Source: Carpediemonas membranifera BICM (taxonomy: Eukaryota > Protista > Fornicata). From it: 64,000 bases of DNA. Below are positions 21,600-33,300 of the stretch, piece by piece; the first letter of the stretch is position 1, and each line of letters opens with the position of its first letter. Location: positions 557,409-621,408 of the forward strand of contig JAHDYR010000003.1 of the NCBI GenBank assembly GCA_019828565.1, written 5' to 3'. The position numbers and the translations under genes were made by a program. The notes under the pieces are model-generated. The model did not search any database and was not told the origin of the DNA. It worked only from the letters and a program-made list of their open reading frames with translations.

Positions 21600-24500
21600 T
21601 CAGTGCCCCACAGGTATCGGGGCAGACCTCTCAGACGCCCCAGTCGACCCCACTGTCCCGGTCACCATCGCCTCGAGCGTCTCGTCATCAAGCCCGCCAT
21701 CACTGCTGTCGCCAGAGTCCGCGGGGTCAGGCGGCGGCGGCTGGGGCGGGGATGGCATCCTGAATAGCGTGCCCGCCTCGAACTTGGCCAGGACATCCTT
21801 GAGAGCATCCAGCAACAGTGAGATACGCGGCCTGTGTGCCATGCTGTGCCCCACACAGCCGGCCATGACGTCCCTAAGGTGCGTTGTGGGCAGTGAATTG
21901 AGGGGGAACATCGCACCCGACAGCAGCTCGGCCTTGGCCTCATCGAGGGTCGCCGCCCAGTCGAGCGGCGTCCGCTGGGTCAGTAGCTCCCATACAATCA
22001 CACCGGCCACGTAAGTACGGCTGGCATCACAGACGATGCCGTGCCGGACCGTCTCGACCGGCAACCAGCGGGAGCGGCCAAGCGTGTCAGGGTGGGGGAT
22101 GGTAACAGTGTCCCCGTCGCCGAGGAACAGGTCCACGTCGCTGTCCGACTCGACCTCCGTCTCGGGGACGAACGAATCAAAGAACTCGGGCCGGTGCGGG
22201 CTGGTGTGGGCCGTGGGGGTGGTGCTCCACATCCGGTCGAGGGCGTCGTCCGTCAGCAGGGGGGTCATCCTCGGTGTGCAGTACCGGTCCGTCCGGCTGG
22301 TCAGCAGCACGACCCCGTCGACGACAGTGAAGTCATCGCTGGTGTACCACATGGTCTCCACCCTGCCTTGGCGCAGGTCGGTCCAGCGCTCCAGCACCGC
22401 AATCGACGTCTTCAGTGCCCAACGAAGGTTCTGCATTGATCTGTCCATGCCCTGCAGCGTCTCTTTCAGGGATAGGTTGCCGTCGGGCGCAATGAAGTGG
22501 CGGGGCGTGCGGTCGTCCAACCACAGGGTTTCAAGGTGACTCTCCGTCGTTCTTCGCCGGGACTTGCTCGTGCGCCGCTTCTTGGCAGGCTTGATCACGG
22601 TGATAGTGCCCGACAACGGCACTCCCTCGACGAATACAGCGAGGTGGGCTTCCTGGTCGGGCTGCATGTAGGGCCCGACCTGCGCCACGATGTCGACAGG
22701 CGCCAGCTTGTAGCGGGGGTCGTCTAAGAAGGCGTAAGGCTCGGTCCAGGCGGGGATGCGGTGGGGCGGTGCGAACTTCATCGAGGCGACCGTCTTGGGG
22801 CACAGCAAGTAGCGGCCCTGCGACATGCGGACGGGGATGAGAAATCCTGTGCACGTGTCTCCAGAGAAGCTGGGGTCGTGATTAGTGATCGCAGAGGGGT
22901 CCAGCGTCACGGCCATGATCGCTGAGGGGCCATGTGGCGGGTCCACCGGTCGGCCGAGGACGTCCTGGAGCCGCACGACGACCCTACTGTCGCTCTTGAC
23001 GGTGAGGATGGTGGAGTAGGGCGAGTTCGACACAACCTGGGGTGACCTGAGCAGACCGACACTCGACCGGGTCGGGTGGGCCCTAGGGGTGAGCAGTGCG
23101 ACGATGTCGAGCGGCAGGGTGATTCCGGCCTGGGCAATGAGCTCGTGGAGGCCAGAACGGGCGTAGAGGAGCTTCAGGTCGTCGTTGGATTTCATCGTCG
23201 CGATGCGGGTGACGATCGAACTGACGATCTCCGCGGTGGGGAGGGTGACAGTGATGCCCTCAGTGTCGATGCAGTGCCGCAGCAGACGGTGCATCGTCTT
23301 GTGGTCCAACAGCAATGGGGTCAGGCCAATGTCAATCAGGGCGTCGATGAGCCCCCACACGGGCGTGACTCCGGTGCTGTCGCTGATCGGGATGGCCGAG
23401 TGAATCATATCTAGCAGATACGGCATCAGCTGGGCCGTATCTGACCCTAGCTTCGACGCCACAGCGGTCAGGTGGACGACGGTCTCCCGGGATAGAGCGA
23501 CGGTGGCCTTCGTCAGGAGGATGCTGCGCTGGTCGGGCGGTTCAGTCGCCTTGGAAGCGCGGCGCTTGCTCTCGTATTCGTTGGCCCATATAACTTGCTG
23601 ACTCAGCCTGTAGTGGAAGCCGGCCTTGGACAGTGCGGCCGCACCCCCGTTGATCGTGACGGCCAGGTCTGCGGCGATCAGAACCACACGAACGATGGAG
23701 GGGCGCAGGTATGCGGGGACCATGGGTGGTTCATCTGAGCACGCCGCATCGATCATGGCGACGAGGTTGCCGGCCAGAGCGGTCGGGTCAGAGTCGCGTG
23801 GTAGGATCATGCGGGCGAGCTCGGTGGCGATCGACACCAGCTTGCGGAGGGAGGATGCGATCGAATAAGGGCTGGGGTTTGATATGAGCCCGTGCAGGAT
23901 CTGTGTGAGGTGTTCCGGGTCCTCAGCGTGGGGCATGCCGGCGGGTGCGGCGAGGGTCCGGATGATGGACGTCGCCACCCGGCACGTGCTATTGATGAAC
24001 AGGAGGGGGTACTTGATCTTGCACGACTCACCACCAGCTCCGCGCGGGTCAGTTAGGGCGCGCAGGGTCTCGAGGATGACGACCACCATCTCCGCAGTGA
24101 GAACTCCCTCGGGAAGATCGCGCTCCTCGTGTAGGCGGCGTGTATACTCGTCTATCCACCGGAACACGGCCTGAAGATGGCACTCGGGCGGGTTCCTGAG
24201 TGAAATTGCTCTGAGGGCGGGCTTGATGCGGTCCATATCGACGACAATCGACTCCGCCCAGATCTCCTCGCATGCCACGACAGTAATGAGCATCGTGTGT
24301 GGCAGCTGGCGCAAGATTCTGTCCGAGAGGAGTCCGTTGCGGAGGATGGTGACGATGGAATCGGTATCGAGCACTTTCCACGGGATGTGGAAGAGCAGGC
24401 TTGCTGTCAGGGGAGCTAGCGTCTCTGCAGCTTCATCTCTGTCGTCTCCCGGCTCTGGTTCCACGCCTAGGTCGAGGCGAACGTGGTGGGCGACAAAGAG

Positions 24501-24751
24501 GAGCTTTGGCGCGAGGAGCTTGTTATTCAGGGCCACATTCTCGAAGATTTCTGGGTTAGACAGCATGAAAGCAACAAACCATGCCTATGTTCGAAGACTG
24601 TTGGCAGGAACTCAACGATTATGGCCTTCAGGGATCGTTCAAAGTCTGCTGCACTCGTCTCCCGCGAATTGGCGTACAATTCGTCAACAGCTGTAATAAA
24701 AGCTCTAGCTACAAGTTCAGCGTCGGTATTTGGCGGTGTATCCACGGACAT
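21600..24751 (-). CDS. Large hypothetical protein with C-terminal kinase C-lobe-like remnant; 29-nt intron 24551-24579
   Basis: Intron GTTTGT...CTAAC.CAG joins the two ORFs (FEHRH-E-IFEN). C-terminal YVAGVIVWELLT..P...LRDVMAGC....HRP resembles kinase subdomains IX-XI. Confidence 0.7.
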
Positions 24752-25025
24752 CCCGGCGCTAGCACTTTCTTCAAGCTCGCGGAAAACTTGAAATCTGACG
24801 GTCGCAGAATGATTTCGCGATTGATGCGCTGGAATCACGGCGCGTGACCCAATCAACCCCTGGACAACAGGTACACGCCTTCTTGAACGAATCTTTAGGT
24901 CAATAACTGGCCAGGGAGGCAGATGCCCCAACACGGCCGCCCCTGCTGCTGCAAACGACGTGATAAAGCGCGAGCCCAGGCTCACTCAGCCCTGCGCCGC
25001 ACCAATCATCCCGCCAACAGCCAGG

Positions 25026-25697
25026 TCAACCCTCATCCGAGTCCTCATCGAGCAGCTCGTTGATCGCCCCCTGCGCCTCCTTCATCTGTGCGATGCTAAC
25101 GTCCCCTAACCCAGCTATCCTGATCATCTGACCCTCCGCGCTCATGATAGAGTTTGACCGGTCGAACAGCACGTCGTCCATGTCGGTGGAGTCCATGAAC
25201 AGCCCGCTGGTGGGCACGGATGAGGATGGGCAGACAAACTGGGGGTCCCCTGCTGTCTGCTGGACCTTGACCGAGATCTTGAGGCTGGCGTTGTACTGTG
25301 TTTTCTGGAGTAGGAAGCGCTGGGTGAATTCCCGCTTGTTAGCGATCTCAGCAAGGTCAATGAGGACGATTCCAATGCGCTCGAAGGTCTTGCGGGTCTT
25401 CTGGCGAACGGAGATACGAAGGTGATGAGACTGAAGGACATGCGTCTTGTTGTCAGCGAATAGATCGGCCATCAGCGCCACGTTCTCCTCAAATACTACC
25501 GAAGCCTTCTCGCAATACTTTGTGTTGGACCAGTATGGCGGTTCCTTGCTCTTCTTCGGGTGTTTCACCTTAAAGAAGACCCCATTACTCGAGGCAGGAA
25601 AGTTATCAAGACTGTGGATATGTAGGACCACAGCGAAGCCCAATTTCCGTACGGAGGAGCGCTTGAACCCCATGAATGCAACGCAGGATTCTGCCAT
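25026..25697 (-). CDS. NT-C2 (EEIG1/EHBP1 N-terminal, FAM102-like) protein
   Basis: LHIHSLDNFP..GVFFKVK; LRISVRQ; IGIVLIDLAEIA; RFLLQKTQYNASLKISV. Confidence 0.8.
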   Translation of the reverse strand: MAESCVAFMGFKRSSVRKLGFAVVLHIHSLDNFPASSNGVFFKVKHPKKSKEPPYWSNTKYCEKASVVFEENVALMADLFADNKTHVLQSHHLRISVRQKTRKTFERIGIVLIDLAEIANKREFTQRFLLQKTQYNASLKISVKVQQTAGDPQFVCPSSSVPTSGLFMDSTDMDDVLFDRSNSIMSAEGQMIRIAGLGDVSIAQMKEAQGAINELLDEDSDEG

Positions 25698-25846
25698 ATT
25701 CTGCGAAATTGTGCTCGTTACGCATATACGTGACAAGTATACAGTCTACTACAGCATGCTGTCCGCATGGTCGAGCCAGTAGTGAATGCCGTGGTTGATA
25801 CTACTCTCTCGCTCCGTCCCCGCTCTTTAATTTAAAAAACAGTGCT

Positions 25847-27727
25847 TCATTCCCTCACACCGCTGACCACGCCGACGGCGATACTCTTGCCAGCCCGCCG
25901 GATGACGAACCTCCCGAGCGCCCCCCTGCCCGCGTCCATCACGACCTGCTTGGGGAATCTGAGCTGGACCCTCGCCTGCATATTGGCCCTCAGCGCCGTG
26001 GGCCTCACAGTCTTGTCGACCCCGCCCTTAGCAAGGGTCGCTGAGAGCCTGACGATGCACGCGGGGACCCGGACGGCATGGGTGAAGAGCTCGACGTCGG
26101 ACCCGTTCACAATCGGCGCGGTGAGGTCAAATGTCGCTATGGTGGCACGAACCTGTTGTGTCGCCGCGGGCTCGTGACCGGGGTGGGCGAGCACGGTCCC
26201 GGGGAGCAGGTTGGCCTCGTCCCCAGCCGACTTCATCAGCACCGAGAGCTCTGCGAAGTCTCCGGCGACCGCGATCTCCTTGGAGGCCATGATACCAGCG
26301 TTCCCGCGGACGTCGATGCGCCTGATTGTCATGGGGAACCCGCCGGGCACCAGCACGAGCGGATCACCCACACGCGCGACACCGCTGAGCACCTTGACAC
26401 CGAGGCCGGCGGTCGACTCGCCGGTCGAGTCCCCGATAGACATCCTGAGCGGGGAAGCGAAGTCGGGCGTGCTGAGGGGAAGAGCCTCAATCTGCTGGAC
26501 GAGAGGGATCGTGCTCTTCTTCGCCCAGTCGGCCACGGCTTCGGTGGGGGCTGCCGTGAGGTTGTCTCCCTTGAGGCCGCTGACCGGGACGTAGTAAAGG
26601 TTCTTGCCCTCGACAAAGCCGGCCGTCCTGAGGAAACTGTGCGTCTGCGCCCTGATCGCGTTGTATCTGTTCTTGTCCCAGCCTACGACGTCCATCTTGT
26701 TGACCGCCACGATGAGATGCGAAACCCCGAACGCCCGCATGAGCTGGATGTTCTCCTTGGTCTGGCCCGAATTAGACCACCCTGCCTCAAACTCTCCAGG
26801 ACTCCCGTCGACAATGAGAACAGCGTGGTTAGGATCAACGGCACGCGATATCAGCCGCGGCATGAAGTCCCGGTGGCCTGGGCAGTCGACCATGTGCAAC
26901 CGACGGCCGCCGGGGGCGTCGACAGTGAAGCTACCCGCGTCGATCGTGACGCCGCGGGCCCGCTCGGCTGGATCCTGGTCCATCACGAAGGCGAACTTGA
27001 ACGACTCCTTCCCGAGAACGGTGGCGTCCCGCTCGAGCCGGCGCAGTGCCTTCTTGTCGACGGCCCCGAGCTTGTGGAGAACGTGGCCCATGACGGTGCT
27101 CTTCCCGGCGTCCACATGGCCCACTACAAGCACCGTGGCGCTGGGTTGGGCCTTCCATTGTGCCTCAGCCATCGTCACTGACTCCTTGAGCACGTTGTAC
27201 CGGGGGGCCTGAGGCTTTGACTTGACACTGACCTTGTTAAGCTCCGCAACGAGATCATCACGACTACGGTTCTTTGGGGTCGTCGACATGCTTGTCCTGG
27301 GCTGGCTCTGCGAGTGGAATGCAGGCAGCGGCTCGGGCTTTGGCGTCGGCATCTCATCGGCCTTAACGGTGATGATATGTGTCTTCGGTGAGTCCATCTG
27401 AGCGAGGAGGGTCTCAGTAAACGTCTTGGTCTCCCCCACAGCGCTGCCCTGGCTGATGGCGACCGATTGCTTCTTGGGCTGCTTCGGCTTGGTTACAATG
27501 GGCGGTTCGATCTCAAAACCAAGCTCAGAGGCAGTGGATTCACTCATCCCATCGAAATCGCTGTCATCGTCCTCGTCAACGTTGTCCAAATATGACGTCA
27601 GCGTCTGATGGCCTCCGTAGCCGTCGTAGTGGCTGTCATAGTCGGGCGTCTCTTGATAGCTGTACTGGTCATCCATATAGCTATCGTCGTAGCTATAGCT
27701 CATATTATAGCCGCCTTTACCTGGCAT
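25847..27727 (-). CDS. HBS1: HBS1-like translational GTPase
   Basis: GHVDAGKST, ERARGVTID, DCPGHRDF, NKMD, PVSG; long acidic/Tyr-rich N-terminal extension typical of Hbs1. Confidence 0.85.
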   Translation of the reverse strand: MPGKGGYNMSYSYDDSYMDDQYSYQETPDYDSHYDGYGGHQTLTSYLDNVDEDDDSDFDGMSESTASELGFEIEPPIVTKPKQPKKQSVAISQGSAVGETKTFTETLLAQMDSPKTHIITVKADEMPTPKPEPLPAFHSQSQPRTSMSTTPKNRSRDDLVAELNKVSVKSKPQAPRYNVLKESVTMAEAQWKAQPSATVLVVGHVDAGKSTVMGHVLHKLGAVDKKALRRLERDATVLGKESFKFAFVMDQDPAERARGVTIDAGSFTVDAPGGRRLHMVDCPGHRDFMPRLISRAVDPNHAVLIVDGSPGEFEAGWSNSGQTKENIQLMRAFGVSHLIVAVNKMDVVGWDKNRYNAIRAQTHSFLRTAGFVEGKNLYYVPVSGLKGDNLTAAPTEAVADWAKKSTIPLVQQIEALPLSTPDFASPLRMSIGDSTGESTAGLGVKVLSGVARVGDPLVLVPGGFPMTIRRIDVRGNAGIMASKEIAVAGDFAELSVLMKSAGDEANLLPGTVLAHPGHEPAATQQVRATIATFDLTAPIVNGSDVELFTHAVRVPACIVRLSATLAKGGVDKTVRPTALRANMQARVQLRFPKQVVMDAGRGALGRFVIRRAGKSIAVGVVSGVRE

Positions 27728-27835
27728 TTCACGAGATTGCGTCCTGCGTTCTGCGACAGAAAATGAAGTCGTCATCACGCCATGACCAATGCCTGCAGGC
27801 CGTGATCCCAGACACTGGTTAAAGGGGCATTTACT

Positions 27836-29422
27836 CTACTTGGAGGGGCTGTATGAGAAGGGGCTCACGGACTCCGGGGGTGTCATGCCACCGGCCTTCA
27901 TCCTCAGCTCAATGTCACGGCAAAAAGCATCGAACACCTTGACGGCGGGCTGCATCTGCATGGGGAACATGGGCCGGGCTTGTGGGTTATAGTGCACCAT
28001 CTGCGGCGGCATCTGCTGCATCACGGGCCTCGGCATGAACATGGGCATGGTAGGGACGAAGCCCTTGCCGGGGGCGGGGGCGGGCATCGGCATCGGCTGG
28101 GGCGGTACAAAGGAGGGCTGGAACGACGGCACAAACGTCTTCTTCTTGGCGGGGGCTGGGGCTGGCTCAGGGGCCTTGGTCTCGACGCTGTGCGACTTCC
28201 CCTTTCTCTCCGACTCCCGGTCCGAGTCGGTCGAGTCGAGGGGGAAGCCCGTGCTGAGGCGGGAGCGGGCCTCCGGGGGTGGGGTGCCGACGGCGGGCAA
28301 CTCACTGAAGGACCCCGGCCTGCCGAGGTCCGAGACGTTGCTGTTGCTACGGGAGCGGACGACAAAGTCCCTGAACTCCTTGCGGACGTCAGGGTCGAAG
28401 CGGGGCGTGTGGGTCCGCAGGTCGAGCGACTGCAGCGAGTCGTCATCAAGCGCACGCTCTCGGATCAGCGGCGATGCCGTCCGCGACCGGTGACCGTCAG
28501 TCGCTTCACGGACGACGCTCCTGAGCCTTGCGGTCTGGTCGATCGCCCTGCTACGGGACGAGGGCCGCACGGTCGTGATGGCGGGCGGCGGTGTTCTCTG
28601 GAGTTCGGCGGCGGGGGTGGGGCTCTCGCTGGACGGCACGCGGACTGGAAACCCAGGCGATGGCTGTTTGCGGTGGAGGTCCTCGGGCGTCTCGGGGTGG
28701 CCGGGCGCCGGCTCACGGCGCCAGGACGACATGGTGCGCGGATCGCGGCTGACGTCGGAGTAGGCCGTGGCGTCGTCCACGCGGGGCTTCATGCCCTTGC
28801 GCTTGGATGCGGCGATCTCTGCCTCGATTCTGGCTGCTTCTGCGGCATCGCGCTCGAAGTTGGGGTTGCTGCGGGCGACGGGGACGGTGTAGTCCTCGGC
28901 CTTGAACGTGTTCCGGTAGTTCTTGTCGATGCGGGCATTCACTGCAAACTGGTCGAACTCGGCAGGCTGGCGGCGTTTGTGTTCTTCAAGAGACCCGAGG
29001 AGTGCGGCGTCGCCCTCGCCGGGGTCGAAGAACGGACGCAGGTCGCGCTCATTCGGACGAGCGTTCTTCGTGGCGATCTCAGCGTCAGTGAGGACGTGCT
29101 TGAACGTTTCTGCGACAGTCGACGAGGGCCTGGTGATCGGGGCCACGTCTGTCAGTGAGATGAAGGCGACCATGTCGCCGAGAAGAGAGACAGCATCCTT
29201 ATATTCGGATGTGTGGATGTCAGAAGAGGGTGAGGCACCGCCGCGTGGAGCCTTGCGGTGCTGAGCGGTACGGAGTGTGAGCTCCAGCGTTTTGAGGTTA
29301 AGGGCTGCAAGGCAACCAACGTAGGAGGACCCATCGACAAGGACAACTTCCACAATGCGTCCCAAGCAGAAGTCCTGGAAGATCGCCAAGTATTCTGCCG
29401 TCGCTCCCTTCGGCTCGGCCAT
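27836..29422 (-). CDS. Ataxin-2/Pbp1 family protein (Lsm + LsmAD)
   Basis: Sm-like N-terminus (GRIVEVVLVDGSSYVG), LTDAEI, FDQFAVN...YTVPV...AARIEAEI. Confidence 0.88.
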   Translation of the reverse strand: MAEPKGATAEYLAIFQDFCLGRIVEVVLVDGSSYVGCLAALNLKTLELTLRTAQHRKAPRGGASPSSDIHTSEYKDAVSLLGDMVAFISLTDVAPITRPSSTVAETFKHVLTDAEIATKNARPNERDLRPFFDPGEGDAALLGSLEEHKRRQPAEFDQFAVNARIDKNYRNTFKAEDYTVPVARSNPNFERDAAEAARIEAEIAASKRKGMKPRVDDATAYSDVSRDPRTMSSWRREPAPGHPETPEDLHRKQPSPGFPVRVPSSESPTPAAELQRTPPPAITTVRPSSRSRAIDQTARLRSVVREATDGHRSRTASPLIRERALDDDSLQSLDLRTHTPRFDPDVRKEFRDFVVRSRSNSNVSDLGRPGSFSELPAVGTPPPEARSRLSTGFPLDSTDSDRESERKGKSHSVETKAPEPAPAPAKKKTFVPSFQPSFVPPQPMPMPAPAPGKGFVPTMPMFMPRPVMQQMPPQMVHYNPQARPMFPMQMQPAVKVFDAFCRDIELRMKAGGMTPPESVSPFSYSPSK

Positions 29423-29693
29423 CAAGTTTTGATGGCCAAAACTGCACCTTCCTTGAGTGTCAACTGCAGTGCTAGGGCACTCATGCGCCGTATCGGCTAG
29501 CACCTATTCGCCTTGTGCTGATTTTGTGTTTTGAATCTCGATGCACCCAGCCGGCGAAGCAGAGCAAAAGTTATTTTCTCAGCAGAGTCAAAGTAGATCG
29601 AACTGGGGCAGCTGACCAAGCTCCGAGAGGGGCGATAGCTAGCCCTTTTTGTCGCCTCTTTCATTGTCTTCTGGCATTGGACAGGGTAGAATC

Positions 29694-30320
29694 ATGCCCA
29701 AGAGGCGAAGAACGGAGAAATCGGCACAACCAGTGGAAAGCACGGTTCATAGTAAGACAGAAATACGCAAACGTCCAACAAAGCTACCCCAGTTCCATCC
29801 TATCGATGCTTCTGAGGACGTCCCTCAAGCGCTGCCAAATGACGCTGAAAACGAAGCCTCCAATGACACAAACGGGGTCTCATATCCAATGGGGATACAA
29901 TATATCGCCCCACAGCTTGAACAGAAGGTGAAGCGTCTTATCGAGACACACACTGAGCGTCGCCAGGCCGTGCACGATGATGCGCGAGCTCGGCGACAGG
30001 CTATTCACGACAGGCTAGCCAAGCTGAGGGGGTCATTGCCATTTTTCAGGGCACTACGGCTTGATTCTGACCGCCTCCTCGAAACCCTCGCGCTGGCCCC
30101 CGTAACCCGAGTTGCACCCGGCACCATGGTCAGCCTGCCGACGATCCCGCCCGGCCTGCCCCACTACGGCGAGGTGAGCACCTTCCTAGCACGCTACCCA
30201 CATGAGACCATGCAGCAGCGCGTCGGTGAGCTGGCCGAGGAGGTTGGTGAGGCCGCGTGGGAGGCGATGGGTGCCCACATCGCCCTAGCACGGTGGGTTG
30301 CTGGGCACACCAGCGGGTGA
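29694..30320 (+). CDS. Hypothetical protein (basic NLS-like N-terminus, coiled coil)
   Basis: MPKRRR start; 208-aa ORF filling the intergenic space. Confidence 0.6.
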   Translation: MPKRRRTEKSAQPVESTVHSKTEIRKRPTKLPQFHPIDASEDVPQALPNDAENEASNDTNGVSYPMGIQYIAPQLEQKVKRLIETHTERRQAVHDDARARRQAIHDRLAKLRGSLPFFRALRLDSDRLLETLALAPVTRVAPGTMVSLPTIPPGLPHYGEVSTFLARYPHETMQQRVGELAEEVGEAAWEAMGAHIALARWVAGHTSG

Positions 30321-30379
30321 CACGGCCGAGCATTAAAGTTTTCCCTTTCCCCCGAACCGCATACCGTATCTTTATGACC

Positions 30380-33300
30380 TTACTTGTTCCCTGACCGCGC
30401 TCTCACCGCGTACTTCTCCATCGTAGCCTTCTTCTCATCAGGCAGCCTCTCGCACACCTCTCGGACGACATGGTCGCCCAGACCGAGCTGGTAGGCGTGG
30501 TACATGTATGCCTCGGCGGCCACCCGGACGCGGGTTGACCTGTGTGCGAGGACCTCCATCATGGGGCCGGGCGAGTAGTGGATGTACTGGGCGATCAGAG
30601 CAGGGTTGGACTCTGCAATGTGGGCCAGGGCGGTGCAGGCGGCGATGATGATGTCCTGGCTTGGCTCCTTCATAAGGTTCAGCATCAGCAGCGTGAGCAC
30701 GCACCGCACGCCGCGGGACGTGTCGGCGTTGATGCAGACGCGCTCAGCAGTCTCAGCGAAGGAGATGCAGGTATCGTCACTGCGGCAGGCCTGGAACACC
30801 TTAGGGAGCCACTCAGCGGCAAATTCGTCCAGGTCAACGCCAGAGGGGAGCTCGAGATCGAGCATGTCAGGCTGGGCGTTGATGAGATAGCCCAGGACGG
30901 CAGCGATCCCGATTCCGTTGAGCGAGTCGAACGACTGGGACAGAAGCCTGGCCTCGAGCTGGGCAGCCGCCTCCTCGCGGTCCAGGGAGAGCAGCAGCGA
31001 GGCGAGGGCCTGTGCTGACACGTCTCTCGTGGCTGGGCGCGACAGGGGGCCGCTGACGGTGGCGAGGGCCTCGAAGATGGCGTCCTGGAGCTGGCCGGAC
31101 TCGGTCCCGACGGCGGCGTTGCCCGGCTCTGCCCAGATGTTGGGGCACGTCTCGATGATGTCGCTGTAGAGCCCGATGGATGATGCGAGCCCGGCGTCGT
31201 CGGCGGGCTGTTCCTTGATGACCTGCACGAGGACCTGCTTGGCTCTCGGAAGGTGGGGCAGGACGAGGCGAAGGGACTCGCGGGCAAGGAGGCGGACCTC
31301 GGCGGTGCGGGGGCCGCACTGCGTCGCCATCTTGACGTCCTTGACGCAGTTTAGCACGGCCCGGGTCACTGGGGTGAAGAAGGGCTTGCCGGCAGCGCCA
31401 GTGGTGAGGATGACGGCGTTGAGGCCGCGCCACATAGCTACGCGGACGTCCGCGGGGTAGAAGTCGTTGATGACGCGCAGGTAAGCGCCGAGGATGCTGG
31501 AGCATGATGTCCGCAGGGCGGGGGCGGTAGACCACTGCATGATGTCCGCGATCATGCCGGACGCCGTCTCCCTTGCCGTGCTCGACGTCGACTTCAGGTG
31601 CGACAGCAGCACTGGCACGAGCGTGTCGACGCCAGGCTTGGCGTGGAGGACAGCAAGGGGCCTCTCGCTGGCGGCCTGCATGAGGACTGTTCTCATCAGG
31701 GAGAGGGCCTCGATCTGGTCGGTGTCGTCGATGATTGACATGCATGTCTTCGTGTGGGCGATGATGGAGGCGTGGGCTGCGGCGTCGGGGTGGTTGAACT
31801 GACGCAGCGCGACCTCAAGGATGCGGAGCTTGTAAATGCCGAGGCTCGTCTCCGTGCGCTGGTAGAACGCCGTCATGAGCTGGAACGCAGACCCGATGAG
31901 CTCAGGCTCCTTGACGACGATGGTGGTGTACGTCGTGAACACCTCGTGGAAGTCGAACGAGCCGAGCACCAGCAGCAACTGGACGGCCGACTCAAGGGTG
32001 TTGCCCTCCAGCTGAGACCGGATGACGCTGTCGACGACAGTGCCGATGAACTCCACCATGGCGACCCCCACGGCCTTGGCGAGGGATGTCAGGGCAGAAA
32101 CACGGCCCGGGGCCATCGGGACGGCTGTGAGGATGGGGATGAGGAGGCCGAGCATGTTGGGCTGCTGGGCGAGCACGGCGCACGTGCCGTGGAGCAGAGA
32201 GTCGGTCTCGGCCGTGCAGATGTCGTCCAGGACTGCGGGCACGAACTTGGCGACGACGTCGGCCTGGTATGACGCGACGTACAGCGCAGACACGGCGTCG
32301 GCAGTGGCATCACGGACCTCTTCATCCTCGTCGCCGAGCAGCTGGCGGGCGATGACGAGCAGGGTGTCGAGCTCGACGGCAAGGATGTTGGCGGGGCAGT
32401 TGGTCGCGAGGCCGTTGATGGCAATGGCCGCGCCACGCCGCATGGAGTAATCGTCGGCGGCGACGTGATCCTCGATGTGGGCGACGATGGCCGCGAGGGA
32501 GTCCGCACCCATCTTGTCAACGAGGTCTTGCAGGGCGTAGAGGCCGTCGTCACGGAGCTCGGCCTCTTCGCTCGAGAGGAACTTGAAGAGGGTCACGAGC
32601 AGCGGCTTCTGGATGCACTTGACGAGACGCGGCCTGTTGACGACCAGGTCCTTGACAGCCTGGACAGCGGCGCCGCGGACGGACTGCTGGTTGGACGTGC
32701 GGGCAATGTAGATGGCGCACATGATGTCCGTGTACAGCTCTGGCCCGATGGTCGCGACGACAGCGGACTGGGACTGGGCGAGGGCCTCAATGGGGCAGCT
32801 GGTTATCTCGTCCTGGCCGCTCGCCTGGAGGAAGAGCTCCGTGACCTGGGTGATGCACTGCTGTCTGAGGCGGCTGGCGGGAGACCACAGACCGACGTTG
32901 AGGGCGGCGGACAGCTCCGCCAGGTGCTTCTCGCCGTACTGCTGGCAACACACAGCAAGGATGGCGGCGCTGGTCTTCCGGATGAAGTCTGTACTGCCGC
33001 CGAGCTGGACGACGACTGTCCGCAGCACCCGCTCGAGATAGGGTGTGAACTGGTCCCGGACGAGCTTAGGCAGGGAGGCGAACACCAGGAGGTTGCCGTG
33101 GGCGATGCCGGCGTCGGCGTCGCGTGATCCCTCGATGTGGCGGTCTACGGTCTCGTCGGTAAGGCCGTCCCTAGCGATGAGATAGGCCTGGGCGGCGGCG
33201 GCCCCCTGCCGTGCAGCAACAGACAGGGGGTCGATGATGGAAGCTGACAACCACTTGAGGATGTACGCGCGCCTGCTCTCGGACATGACAGAGACCGTGA

